From Methanobacteriota archaeon (GTDB lineage: Archaea > JAADCQ01 > Methanopyri > Methanopyrales > Methanopyraceae): a stretch of DNA of 62,449 bases. The notes beneath the pieces are model-generated. The model had not been told where the DNA came from, did not search any database, and was given only the letters and a program-made list of their open reading frames with translations. Shown here in pieces: positions 38,395-47,625 of the stretch (position 1 is the stretch's first letter; each line of letters begins with the position of its first letter). The DNA is taken from positions 1 to 62,449 of the forward strand of contig JAMOPY010000046.1 of the NCBI GenBank assembly GCA_027064305.1. The letters are read 5' to 3'. The translations under genes were made by a program, and so were the position numbers.

Positions 38395-39064
38395 GCGCCC
38401 GCTCCGCCCGGCGCACGTCGTTCACGCGGTTGACGTTCAGGAGCTCCCCCTCCTCCCGGGGCGGCACGACCCGGAACTCCAGCCCGGACGCCCGCAGTAC
38501 CGGGTTCAAGTTCATCGCGTTGGGGCCGCGCTCGGGCGCCAGCCGCTCGACGGTCTCCAGGAGCCGCTCGACCGCGTCCCTGTCCAGCGCCAGCGGGGGC
38601 CCGTGCCCCTTCAGCTCGTCCCCGCTGATCGGGTCGCTCGGGGCCCCTCGGTCCAGGATCGCGGCCCCGTGCTCCTCCGCCGCCCGGACGAGCTCGCGCA
38701 TCGTCGCCTCGGTCACGGTCGGTTGGTCGCCGGCGAGGACCAGCGCGACGTCCGCCCTGGTGCGCTCCAGGAGGCGGGCCGCGGTGCGGGCCATCGGCAC
38801 GTCCACGGGGTCGTTAAGCACCGGCTTGACGGGAGCCCTCGCGTGCTCCGTCACCGCCTCCCACACCAGGCCCGCGTCGTACCCCAGGCCCACCAGGATC
38901 ACGTCCGCGACCCGGGAGGCGCGATCCACCACCCACCCCACCATCGGACGGCCCGCGACCGGGTAGACGAGCTTGTTCACCGGCTCCTCCCCACGCTCCC
39001 TCAGATCCCGCCGGAACCTGGTGGACCGGCCCGCTGCCAACACGCACGCGGCGACCTCGGGCAT
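38372..39064 (-). CDS. MobA/IspD-like NTP transferase
   Basis: VLAAGRSTRF, NKL, GDQP, LNVN. Confidence 0.82.
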   Translation of the reverse strand: MPEVAACVLAAGRSTRFRRDLRERGEEPVNKLVYPVAGRPMVGWVVDRASRVADVILVGLGYDAGLVWEAVTEHARAPVKPVLNDPVDVPMARTAARLLERTRADVALVLAGDQPTVTEATMRELVRAAEEHGAAILDRGAPSDPISGDELKGHGPPLALDRDAVERLLETVERLAPERGPNAMNLNPVLRASGLEFRVVPPREEGELLNVNRVNDVRRAERALSSQVEP

Positions 39065-39077
39065 CGGGTGTCCTCCC

Positions 39078-40250
39078 TCAGTCCGCGTGTAGCTCGACGA
39101 TGTCCCCATCCTCCAGGACGTGGTCACGCCCCACCATCATCCCGTCCTTTTTCACGGACCGGCCCCAGACCCGCGCGTACCGCAGGTTCTTCGCCAGCTC
39201 CGAGTGGATCTCCCGGGCCAGGTCCTCCACCGTCGATCCCCGGGGCAGGACGACCGGGGGCTTCTGCGGCTTCCCACCCGGCTTCTTCGTGTACACGCGG
39301 ATGATGTTCAGCGCGTCGTACAGCCGCTCCTTGAACGCGTCCAGGTTCGCCCCCTTCTTCGCCGAGATCGGCACGACCGGCAGCTCGAACTCCAGCTCCC
39401 GCTCGATCCACTCGCGGAGCTCCTCGTAGGACTCGCGCGTTCCGGGCGCGTCCCCCTTGTTCGCCACGACCAGGCCCCGCTTGTACTCGATCCTCCGGTC
39501 CAACGCCTCCGCCACGTCCTCCAGCGTCACCCCGTCCTCCTCGATCACGACGATCGCGCTGTGGAGCCCGGACTCCCGCAGGAACTCCTTCACCTCCTCC
39601 GGGTCGCAGGCCAGCCGCTCCTCGCCCCGGATCTCGATCCCGCCCGTGGCCCGCTCCTCGATGCTAACCCCGGGCGGGGATTGGTTCAGCCGGATCGCCG
39701 CCGAGTCCAGCTCCCCCAGCACCGTCTCCAGCTGACTCACGGGATCCTCCGAGAGGTCCACCACGATGCAGATCGCGTCCGCGCTGCGCATCACGCCCAC
39801 GAACCGGCTGCCCTCCCCGTGCACGAACCCCTCGTGCACCGGGGGCACCTCCACCAGCTGGATCTGCACGTCCCGGTACTCCATCATGCCCGGGACCGGC
39901 TTCCGCGTCGTGTACGGGTACGGGGCCACCTCCGGCTCCGCGTTCGTCAGCCTCCGCAGAAGCGTCGACTTGCCCGCGTTCGGCGGCCCCACCAGCGCGA
40001 CCTGCGCCGCCCCCTCCTTCTTCACGTGGTAGTCCGGCCCGCCCCCGGACTTCTGCTTCCGCCGTTTCTCCACCTCCTCCCGCAGCTTCGCCAGCCGGCG
40101 CTTGAGCAGCGCCCGCAGGTTCTCCGTGCCCTTGTGCTTCGGGACGACCGAGAGCATCTCCTCCGTGATCTTCAGCCGCTCCTCCGGCGAGCGGGCCCGC
40201 CGGTACCGCTCCTCCAGCTTGTGGTACTCCGGGGGCAGGTTCGCCGGCAC
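39078..40250 (-). CDS. DRG/OBG-family GTPase with TGS domain
   Basis: PKHKGTE, GPPNAGKST, YPYTT, NKGD, ARVWGRS, LEDGDIVE. Confidence 0.9.
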   Translation of the reverse strand: MPANLPPEYHKLEERYRRARSPEERLKITEEMLSVVPKHKGTENLRALLKRRLAKLREEVEKRRKQKSGGGPDYHVKKEGAAQVALVGPPNAGKSTLLRRLTNAEPEVAPYPYTTRKPVPGMMEYRDVQIQLVEVPPVHEGFVHGEGSRFVGVMRSADAICIVVDLSEDPVSQLETVLGELDSAAIRLNQSPPGVSIEERATGGIEIRGEERLACDPEEVKEFLRESGLHSAIVVIEEDGVTLEDVAEALDRRIEYKRGLVVANKGDAPGTRESYEELREWIERELEFELPVVPISAKKGANLDAFKERLYDALNIIRVYTKKPGGKPQKPPVVLPRGSTVEDLAREIHSELAKNLRYARVWGRSVKKDGMMVGRDHVLEDGDIVELHAD

Positions 40251-40254
40251 GCGC

Positions 40255-40848
40255 TCACCCCCGGAGGAACCGCGTCACGCCGTCCAAAACCATCTGCACC
40301 CCGATGCCCGCCAGCACGACCCCCATCACCCGGGTCAGCACGCGGATCCCGGACCGCCCCAGCGCGCGGGCCAGCGGCTCCGCCGCCAGGAACGTCGCGA
40401 GCGTGGCCAGCATCACGAGCCCGCAGGCCAGGATCGTCTCCAGCCGCCCGTACCGGTGCAGCATGACGATGACCGTGACGATGGCGCCCGGCCCCGCCAG
40501 CAGCGGGGTGCCCAGGGGTACGTACGCCACGTCCAGCCGCTCCTCCGGCTCGATTCGAAACCCGGTGGGGTCACCCTCCACCATCCCCAGGGCCGCCCGC
40601 AGCAGCAGGAGCCCGCCCGCGATCATCAGCGCCTCGATCGAGACCCCCAGGTACTCCAGCACGAGCTTGCCTGAGACCGCGAACGCCAGGATCAGCACGC
40701 CCGCGAACGACACCGCCCGGTACGCGACCCGCACCCGCTCCCGGGGTCGCAGGTCCGAGGTGAGCGAGAGGAGGACCGGCACGTTCCCGATCGGATCCAC
40801 GATCACGAACAGCTCGATGAACCCCTTCAGGACGCCGCAGGGATCCAA
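40255..40848 (-). CDS. MarC-family membrane protein
   Basis: VDPIGNVP, VPLGTPLLAGPGAI, TRVMG; TTG at 40848. Confidence 0.9.
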   Translation of the reverse strand: MDPCGVLKGFIELFVIVDPIGNVPVLLSLTSDLRPRERVRVAYRAVSFAGVLILAFAVSGKLVLEYLGVSIEALMIAGGLLLLRAALGMVEGDPTGFRIEPEERLDVAYVPLGTPLLAGPGAIVTVIVMLHRYGRLETILACGLVMLATLATFLAAEPLARALGRSGIRVLTRVMGVVLAGIGVQMVLDGVTRFLRG

Positions 40849-40912
40849 CGGTCCTCGGGTCCCCCTAGCGTTTAAGAGCGATCGCGCCCGCCCCCACCCT
40901 GGGGGTTCCGAC

Positions 40913-41173
40913 GTGGCCCGCCACGTGTACAAGTACAAGAAGGTCGTAGTGTACCACGGCCACCCCGGTTACTACCACGGGTATCGGTACTACCCGTACC
41001 ACCCGACGTACGGGCACCATGTGGTCGCGTACAAGAAGACGGGGCTGCTCGGGAGCCTGCTGAAGCTCGGGCTGGCGGCCGCGATCCTGATCATCGTGGT
41101 GATCGGGCTGGTCCTCCTCGTCGGGCTGTACCTGCTGTACCGGTTCCTGGCCCGGCGGAGGCGGGTCGCCTAG
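40913..41173 (+). CDS. Small membrane protein with Tyr/His/Gly-rich N-terminus
   Basis: GTG after GGGGG with TTTAAG upstream; long TM segment and RRRR tail. Confidence 0.7.
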   Translation: MARHVYKYKKVVVYHGHPGYYHGYRYYPYHPTYGHHVVAYKKTGLLGSLLKLGLAAAILIIVVIGLVLLVGLYLLYRFLARRRRVA

Positions 41174-41185
41174 CCCGGCCGGCCG

Positions 41186-41208
41186 ATCGTTATCGTTATC
41201 GTAACGAT
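41186..41208. repeat. Palindromic motif copy 3 (ATCGTTAT-CGTTATC-GTAACGAT)
   Basis: Arms match the copy at 3733-3755 except one base (ATCGTTAT), with the same 7-bp spacing. Confidence 0.7.
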
Positions 41209-41288
41209 TGCGGGCCGGCTCGGCACGCTGTGGAAAACGTATTTCGGGCCGGGGTGGACCGCCTCGAGGGCGCTTTGGGGGACGCCGG

Positions 41289-42545
41289 TTGAGTGACCGG
41301 GTTCTCGAGGCGCTGGACGCCGTGGAGGAGCGCTGGGCCGATGACCTCCGCGAGGCGCAGGTTCGGATGCTGTCGGACCTCCGGGGGCAGTTGGAGGAGG
41401 ATCGGGTGGCCATCCTCCGGGAGCGGCCCGGCTCCGGAAAGACGTGGCTGCTGCGTCGGATCGCCCGCGTGTACGGGGAGGGAGGCCGGGTTCACGTGCT
41501 GTTCTCGACCCCGTCCCCGGACCTGGCGGAGCGGGAGGTGAAGCGGTTCCGGGATGACTGGGGGCTGCGGGCGGAGCGGTGGCGGGACGTGAGCGAGTAC
41601 GAGTGCCGGGTGAGCCTGGACGTGCTCCTCGGGGATCGGCTGAGCGAGCGGGAGTTGCTTCGGGTGTACCGGGACGCCTCCCGGGCGAACGATCTCCCGA
41701 AGTGTCACCCGGAGTTCTACCGGAAGGACGGGCCGCTGCTGGGTCGGATCGGGGACGAAGGGCTGCGGGAGCAGGTTCGGGAGGCGCTGTACCGGGACAA
41801 TCCGTACGTGCACGGGTTCGCCCCGTGGGACGAGTGCGAGGGGTGCGAGGCGGTGCGGCAGCTGCGGTCCCCGGCCCGGATCGTCTGCCTGTCCTTCGAC
41901 AAGCTGCTGTCGGTTCCGTCCCTGTACGCTTCCCACGAGCGGACCCGGGATGCCCAGGGTAAGGAGCCGCTGATGACGCTGGAGGACTGGAGGGAGGTGC
42001 TGGAGGGCGCCCTCGTGGTGCTGGACGACGCGCACATGCTGCCCGGGGCGCTCGTGGTGGAGGTGCCCGGGTACGTGCCGGTCGGTGGGTCCACGCTGGA
42101 GGGTCGGTTGGATGGCCTGGCGATGGGGCAGGAGTACCTGTGGAGGGTGGTGGACTGGGGTCAGGACGTTCGGAACGTGAAGGAGGCGCTGCGGGGCGAG
42201 GTGCTCCGGGAGGTGCGGGACGTGCTGGTGCGGGAGCTGGAGGACTGGCTGGAGGAGCTGCGCGACCGGATCGTCCGGGACCGGAACGCGGGGTACCTGC
42301 ACGCGAGGAAGCAGCTGTCGCTGCTGAACGAGCTGGTGAACCGGGCGGAGGAGCTGGGCGTGCGGGAGTGGGTGGCGGTGCGGAGCCCCCGGCGCGGTGG
42401 GAGCCGGATGCTCACGTTCGCCCCGGTGATCGAGAGCTTGGATCAACTGTTGGGGCTGCTCATGGGGCCGGACCTGATGGACCTGCCGGAGGCGTACCTG
42501 GCGGCCGAGAACCGCCCGACGCTGTCGGAGCTGCGGTGCGGGTGA
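41289..42545 (+). CDS. XPD/DinG-like SF2 helicase, N-terminal part (HD1 with Cys-rich insert)
   Basis: Q motif REAQ, Walker A PGSGKT, Walker B LDDAH, several Cys; TTG 41289 after GGGGG. Confidence 0.7.
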   Translation: MSDRVLEALDAVEERWADDLREAQVRMLSDLRGQLEEDRVAILRERPGSGKTWLLRRIARVYGEGGRVHVLFSTPSPDLAEREVKRFRDDWGLRAERWRDVSEYECRVSLDVLLGDRLSERELLRVYRDASRANDLPKCHPEFYRKDGPLLGRIGDEGLREQVREALYRDNPYVHGFAPWDECEGCEAVRQLRSPARIVCLSFDKLLSVPSLYASHERTRDAQGKEPLMTLEDWREVLEGALVVLDDAHMLPGALVVEVPGYVPVGGSTLEGRLDGLAMGQEYLWRVVDWGQDVRNVKEALRGEVLREVRDVLVRELEDWLEELRDRIVRDRNAGYLHARKQLSLLNELVNRAEELGVREWVAVRSPRRGGSRMLTFAPVIESLDQLLGLLMGPDLMDLPEAYLAAENRPTLSELRCG

Positions 42546-42551
42546 GCGGAA

Positions 42552-43316
42552 TTGGGTCGGGCCGTCTTCCACCTGCTGCCGGTGCGCCTGAAGGTGAAGG
42601 ATGCGTGGAGGCTGGGCCGGCTGATCGGGCGGCTGGACGTCCGGAATCACCGGGTGCTGGTGCTCGATCGGGCCCGCGGGTTCGCCGACAAGGTGCACGA
42701 GGCCCTGGGGGACGCGGAGCGGGTTCGGAGCGTGGAGGATCTGGAGCGGTTCGCGGGCCGCGGGGGCGGGTTCGCGGTCGCGGAGATCATGCGCGGGCTC
42801 ATGGGGGCGGACGTGCGCGGGATCGAGGGCATGATCGTGTGCCGCACGTACCTGTCCAACTACGCCGCCCAGCGCTCCATCGTCATCCCGATCATGCTCC
42901 GTCGGATTCGGTTGGAGCCGAAGCCGGTGATGCGGGAGAACCCGCTGGACGCGCTGCGGTTGGAGGCGTTCGAGAGCGTGCTGCACGATCTCGCCACGGT
43001 GTCCGGCCGGGCGGTGCGGGCGGAGGACCTGGACGAGCACCCGTTCACGGTGCTGGTGGGCGCCGGCACGGTCGTGGAGGTGATCCAGCGGTACCCGGAG
43101 GAGGCCGGGGAAATCTACCGGACGTTCCGGGACCGGTTCAGCTCGGTCGATCCCCGGGTGAGGGTGCTAGACCTGGACTCCGGTGAGGAGCTGCCGGTGG
43201 AGAAGGTGATCGACGGGTCCACCCGCGTGAGCGTTCGCGACTTTGAGGAGCTGGAGAGGGAGGAGCGAGAGCGGCTGATTAGGTGGATGGAGCGAAAGCT
43301 GTTCATGGTCAGATGA
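42552..43316 (+). CDS. XPD/DinG-like helicase, C-terminal part (HD2), in frame with the upstream ORF
   Basis: VLVL (motif IV-like), GLMGADV (motif V-like), SGRAVR (motif VI-like); GGGTGA SD 6 nt before the TTG. Confidence 0.62.
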   Translation: MGRAVFHLLPVRLKVKDAWRLGRLIGRLDVRNHRVLVLDRARGFADKVHEALGDAERVRSVEDLERFAGRGGGFAVAEIMRGLMGADVRGIEGMIVCRTYLSNYAAQRSIVIPIMLRRIRLEPKPVMRENPLDALRLEAFESVLHDLATVSGRAVRAEDLDEHPFTVLVGAGTVVEVIQRYPEEAGEIYRTFRDRFSSVDPRVRVLDLDSGEELPVEKVIDGSTRVSVRDFEELEREERERLIRWMERKLFMVR

Positions 43317-43336
43317 GGCGGGTTGGGGGGTCTCCC

Positions 43337-44527
43337 GTGAGGTTACACATCGCCACCGAGGAGGAGATCCGGAGGGGCGAGACCGCGGACGTCTACTTCC
43401 GGCGGATTCGGCGGGTGCTGGAGGAGGAGGGGTTGGACGACGTAGAGGTCGTGGCGGAGGTCTCCGCGCACTCGCTCCCGGAGGGCTGGCCCTGGGGCGT
43501 TCTGTGCGGCGTGGAGGAGGCGCTGTCGCTGCTCGAGGGTCGGGACGTGACGGTCTACGCGATGGACGAGGGCGAGGTCTTCCGGCCGGGTCAACCCGTG
43601 ATGCGGATCGAGGGCCCATACGTCGAGTTCTGCGAGCTGGAGACGGCGCTGATCGGGTGCCTGGCCAAGGCGACGGGGATCGCGACGAAGGCGGCCCGGT
43701 GCAAGCTGGCGGCGGGTGACCGGCCCGTGTACAGCTTCGGGATCCGGCGGCAGCACCCGGCGATCGCCCCGATGGTGGACCGGGCCGCGTACGTCGGCGG
43801 CTGCGACGGGGTGTCGGGGATCAAGGGGGCGGAGCTGATAGGGGAGCGACCGGTCGGCACCATGCCGCACGCGTTCATCCTGGTATTCGGGGACCAGCGC
43901 GAGGCCTGGCGTGCCTTCGACGAGCACGTGCCGGAGGACGTCCCCAGGGTCGCGCTCGTGGACACGTTCTACGATGAGGTGGAGGAGGCCCTCATGGCGG
44001 CGGAGGAGCTGGGCGACCGGCTGTTCGGCGTGCGCCTGGACACGCCGTCCTCGCGGCGGGGCGATATGGCGGAGATCGTGCGCGAGGTCCGGTGGGAGCT
44101 GGACGCCCGCGGGTACGAGGACGTGAAGATCATGGTCTCCGGCGGGCTGGACGAGGAGGAGATCCGCGAGCTCGCGGAGGCCGGGGCGGACGCGTTCGGC
44201 GTCGGCACGGCGATCTCGGACGCGCCGGCCGTGGACTTCGCCATGGACGTGGTGGAGGTGGAGGGCGAGCCCCGGGCGAAGCGTGGCAAGCTGTCGGGAG
44301 CGAAGCAGGTGTGGAGATGCCCGGAGTGCCTGGAGGACGTGGTGACGCTCGCCGACCGGAGGCCGGGAGCGTGCCGGAGGTGCGACGCGGAGCGGCGCCC
44401 GCTGCTGCGTAAGTTCATCGAGGACGGCGAGCCCGTTCGGGAGCCGAGGGGGCCGAAGGAGGCCAGGAAGCACGCGCTGGAGACCGTGAGGAGGTTGGAG
44501 GGGACGCACCGTGAGCGAGGTGAGTGA
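43337..44527 (+). CDS. pncB: Nicotinate phosphoribosyltransferase
   Basis: TADVYF, FGIRRQHP, GTMPHA, LVDTF, VRLDTP, SGGL, FGVGT. Confidence 0.9.
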   Translation: MRLHIATEEEIRRGETADVYFRRIRRVLEEEGLDDVEVVAEVSAHSLPEGWPWGVLCGVEEALSLLEGRDVTVYAMDEGEVFRPGQPVMRIEGPYVEFCELETALIGCLAKATGIATKAARCKLAAGDRPVYSFGIRRQHPAIAPMVDRAAYVGGCDGVSGIKGAELIGERPVGTMPHAFILVFGDQREAWRAFDEHVPEDVPRVALVDTFYDEVEEALMAAEELGDRLFGVRLDTPSSRRGDMAEIVREVRWELDARGYEDVKIMVSGGLDEEEIRELAEAGADAFGVGTAISDAPAVDFAMDVVEVEGEPRAKRGKLSGAKQVWRCPECLEDVVTLADRRPGACRRCDAERRPLLRKFIEDGEPVREPRGPKEARKHALETVRRLEGTHRERGE

Positions 44528-45401
44528 GAGGCTCGGTAGGGCGCTATTGGAGACCGTGAAGCGGGACGATCCCTCGCCCTTCGTGGAGGCCGTCCGGGAG
44601 GTGAATCCTGACCCGGAGGAGGTGAGGAGGTTCCTGGAGGCGCTGCGGATCCAGCGCGAGAAGGGCAGGGTGTCCGAGGACACCGTGAGGGCCGCGGAGC
44701 GGGCCGTCAGGGAGCTGGTCGGTGGGGAGGAGCGGGAGCGCGAGGTCGGCGTCCGGGAGGTGGACCCGCTGGCGGAGTACGCGGGAGTCGATCGGGTGCT
44801 GGGTACCATCATGACGGGGAAGGAGGCCGACGTCCTGCTGGCGGAGCGGGAGGGCAGGAAGGTGGCGCTGAAGGTGTACCGGGCGTTCACCGGGCGGGAG
44901 GAGCGTCGGGAGGAGCGGGCCTACCGGACGGAGGACGGCGAGGTCGTGCGTCGCGTGAGTCGGGGCGACGCGGCCCTTCGGGAGTACTCGCTGCTGCGCC
45001 GGGCGTACGAGGCCGGGGTTCGGGTTCCGAAGCCCTACGACGCGAGGCCCGGGGTCATCGTCATGCAGTACGTGCCCGGCGAGCCCCTGTACCGGGCTCC
45101 GGACCTTCGGGACCCGGGGGCGGTGCTCGACGACCTGCTGGAGCAGGTGGAGCGGTTGGCGGTCCGGGCGGGCCTGGTGCACGGTGACCTGAGCGCGTTC
45201 AACGTGCTCGTGAGCGAGGACGAGATCCCCTTCCTCATCGACCTGTCCGAGGCCAAGAAGGTCCATGAGCCCGGGGCGCTGCGGCTCCTGAGGAGGGACG
45301 TGGAGAACCTGGTCGACTTCTTCGAGCGGAAGTACGGGGTCACCCGGGACGTCGACGGGTTCGTGTCGAGGGTGAAGGCGCGTGTACGAGGTGATCGGTG
45401 A
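44511..45401 (+). CDS. RIO-type Ser/Thr kinase
   Basis: TGKEADV, ALKVY, VPKP, LVHGDLSAFNVL, IDLSEA. Confidence 0.88.
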   Translation: MSEVSERLGRALLETVKRDDPSPFVEAVREVNPDPEEVRRFLEALRIQREKGRVSEDTVRAAERAVRELVGGEEREREVGVREVDPLAEYAGVDRVLGTIMTGKEADVLLAEREGRKVALKVYRAFTGREERREERAYRTEDGEVVRRVSRGDAALREYSLLRRAYEAGVRVPKPYDARPGVIVMQYVPGEPLYRAPDLRDPGAVLDDLLEQVERLAVRAGLVHGDLSAFNVLVSEDEIPFLIDLSEAKKVHEPGALRLLRRDVENLVDFFERKYGVTRDVDGFVSRVKARVRGDR

Positions 45402-45810
45402 GTACGTGCGCGGGCTGGGGGAGGGCCGGAAGTACGTGAGCATGCCTTATTACCGGGAGGAGATGCGGAGGATCACCGGGGAGTACCCGTACCCGGGCAC
45501 GTTCAACGTCAGGGTGGAAGAGGAGGAGAGGCAAGCACTGCTGCGCATCGCCGAGTCCCACGGTCACAGGATCGAGCCCCGGGGTGAGCTGGGAGGGGCC
45601 TGGCTCTACCCGTGCACCGCCAACGGGGTCCGCGCCTGGCTGGTGTTCCCCGACCTGGCCGAACACCGCGACCATCTGGAGCTAATCTCCGGGTTGGAGC
45701 TGCGCCGGGCGCTGGGCGTGCTGCCCGGTGATCCCGTCAAAATCAGGCTGTGGGGACCGAAATCTTGGCGGATCTGGCGGAGCGGTTGCGCGAGGTCCGG
45801 AGAACGCTGA
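45382..45810 (+). CDS. ribK: CTP-dependent riboflavin kinase
   Basis: GLGEGRKYV, PYPGTFNV, LELIS, LRRALG. Confidence 0.88.
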   Translation: MYEVIGEYVRGLGEGRKYVSMPYYREEMRRITGEYPYPGTFNVRVEEEERQALLRIAESHGHRIEPRGELGGAWLYPCTANGVRAWLVFPDLAEHRDHLELISGLELRRALGVLPGDPVKIRLWGPKSWRIWRSGCARSGER

Positions 45811-46496
45811 AGCGCGGCGACCCGGTGCTCGTGTTCGACTTCGAGGATCGGGAGGGAGAGACCGACCTGATGTTCTGGGCCGCTAAGGTGAGGCCGGAGC
45901 ACGTCGCGACGCTGAGGGAGCGCGCCGGCGGGCTCATCTGCGTCGTCCTGCACCCCGAGCACGCCCGGGAGATCGGGCTGCCGCACCTGGTCGAGGTGTA
46001 CCGGGCCGCGGGGGACGAGTTCCCGCTCCTGCGGGCCACCAGACCGGACGACATCCCGTACGACGAGCGCTCCACGTTCTCGATCACGGTCAACCACCGG
46101 GAGACGTTCACCGGGGTCACGGACGAGGATCGATCCCTCACCATCCGAAAGCTCGCGGAGTTCTTCGAGCGGGAGCACGAGGACCCGATCCGCGAGTTCG
46201 GTAGGGAGTTCCGGTCACCCGGCCACGTCCACCTGTTGCGACCGTTCGACGGACTCCTGGACGAGCGTCAGGGCCACACGGAGCTCACCGCGGCCCTGCT
46301 GGAGATGGTCGGACTCGAGCCCAAGGTGGCCGTGATCTGCGAGATGCTGGAGCCCGGAGGTGGCTCAATGCCACCGGACCGCGCCCGAGAGGTGGCCGAG
46401 GAGATGGGGGCCCCGTTCGTGACCGGGGACGAGATACTCGACGCGTGGGAGCGCGGCCTCCGGGTGCGGGAAAACGGAAAAGGAACCGTGGGGTGA
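45765..46496 (+). CDS. ribB: 3,4-dihydroxy-2-butanone 4-phosphate synthase
   Basis: DREGETD, GLIC, FSITVNH, TGVTDEDR, PGHV, RQGHTE, ICEML. Confidence 0.93.
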   Translation: MADLAERLREVRRTLKRGDPVLVFDFEDREGETDLMFWAAKVRPEHVATLRERAGGLICVVLHPEHAREIGLPHLVEVYRAAGDEFPLLRATRPDDIPYDERSTFSITVNHRETFTGVTDEDRSLTIRKLAEFFEREHEDPIREFGREFRSPGHVHLLRPFDGLLDERQGHTELTAALLEMVGLEPKVAVICEMLEPGGGSMPPDRAREVAEEMGAPFVTGDEILDAWERGLRVRENGKGTVG

Positions 46497-46518
46497 GGGT
46501 CGTCCGGGGGAGCCCCGG

Positions 46519-47136
46519 GTGAGGAAGCTCGCCATCCTGACGGCCGCGATGCTCCTCTCGGCCGTCGTCCCGTCGCTCGCGCAGACGGTCGGTGGGACGG
46601 CTCAGACGGTCCAAACCACCCAATCGGTGCAGACCGCGCCGGCAGGGACCGGAGGGGGAGGGACGGCGGTTCAGGGGACGACGCAGGCGGCGCCCTCCGG
46701 TGGCGGCGCCGGCGGGTCGGCCGCCTCCCAGCCCACGCAGGGTAGTCAGAAGGGCGGAGGCCAGCACAACCAGAAGAAGGGAGGGAGTCACCAGCGGGAG
46801 GCCCAGCCAGTGAAGCGCGAGACGGGTGGATCCCAAGAGGCGGGGCTCGGCCGGCTGATGGGTGAGTACAGGTACTACACGATGGCGGCGGCGGTCGGCC
46901 TCATGGTGCTCGCTGGGCTGGTGGGTCACGGAATGCTGAAGTTCGAGCGCGAGACCGCCCGAGGCTTGTCCGGGTCGGGGTCGGAAAGACGAGCGGGGAC
47001 GGGTAGATCGGGCGGCGGGAGGGAACGGCGCACCGGGTCGGGGAGGTCCAGGAGGCGCACATCGTCCCTAATCGAGGGCCACGAGGAGGACGTGGAGAAG
47101 GTTAAGCGACTGTGGGAGCAGCTGAGGGAGGAGTGA
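46519..47136 (+). CDS. Exported/membrane-anchored low-complexity protein
   Basis: Signal peptide, T/Q/G/A-rich linker, TM helix, GSR-rich cytoplasmic tail. Confidence 0.65.
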   Translation: MRKLAILTAAMLLSAVVPSLAQTVGGTAQTVQTTQSVQTAPAGTGGGGTAVQGTTQAAPSGGGAGGSAASQPTQGSQKGGGQHNQKKGGSHQREAQPVKRETGGSQEAGLGRLMGEYRYYTMAAAVGLMVLAGLVGHGMLKFERETARGLSGSGSERRAGTGRSGGGRERRTGSGRSRRRTSSLIEGHEEDVEKVKRLWEQLREE

Positions 47137-47149
47137 GGGGAGTTCGGGC

Positions 47150-47536
47150 ATGGCGTTGAGGTGCCCCAAGTGCGGTGGTCCGGTGCGCCCACACCCGGAG
47201 TCGCTGGAGTGCGAGGAGTGCGGCTGGTCCAAGGAGCTGAGCGGCCGGCCACGGCGCTCCACCCGACTCAAGTGGGCCAAAGAGTACGCGACGCGGGTGC
47301 TGCGAGAGGAGTTCGATGACTGCGGCGTGGTGAAGGTCTTCGTGCGCGGCCCCCGGGGACCTCGGGGCGATGAATACCTGGCCGCCACGGTCTACGTGGA
47401 GGACCATCACAAGGCGATCGGCAAGGAAGGGAAGCGGGTGAAGGAGGTGGAGGAGCGGCTTCGGGAGATCTGCGAGGAGCTGGACGTGCCGCCGGTCCGC
47501 ATCACCATCCAGCCCGCCTCGCAGGCTCCGGACTAG
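47150..47536 (+). CDS. Zn-ribbon plus KH-domain protein
   Basis: CPKCG...CEECG; AIGKEGKRVKE (KH GxxG). Confidence 0.72.
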   Translation: MALRCPKCGGPVRPHPESLECEECGWSKELSGRPRRSTRLKWAKEYATRVLREEFDDCGVVKVFVRGPRGPRGDEYLAATVYVEDHHKAIGKEGKRVKEVEERLREICEELDVPPVRITIQPASQAPD

Positions 47537-47539
47537 CCG

Positions 47540-47561
47540 TTTCCGTTTTTCCTTTCTGGTT
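47540..47561 (+). terminator. T-rich terminator-like tract
   Basis: TTTCCGTTTTTCCTTTCT-type pyrimidine run right after the stop codon. Confidence 0.45.
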
Positions 47562-47625
47562 CTGGTCCCGACCCGGGCCCCCGGTGGGTCGCGGTCCGCC
47601 ATTCATCCGCCGGGGTGGTCCGACT

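Noticed and set aside
43231-43340. SECIS element downstream of the split helicase
   Set aside because: No convincing GAA/A-bulged hairpin found by eye; the next gene starts about 20 bp later.
47570-47625. Hairpin and GGATGA...CGGA boxes on the minus strand upstream of atwA
   Set aside because: Box set incomplete and spacing too short to call a C/D or H/ACA sRNA.
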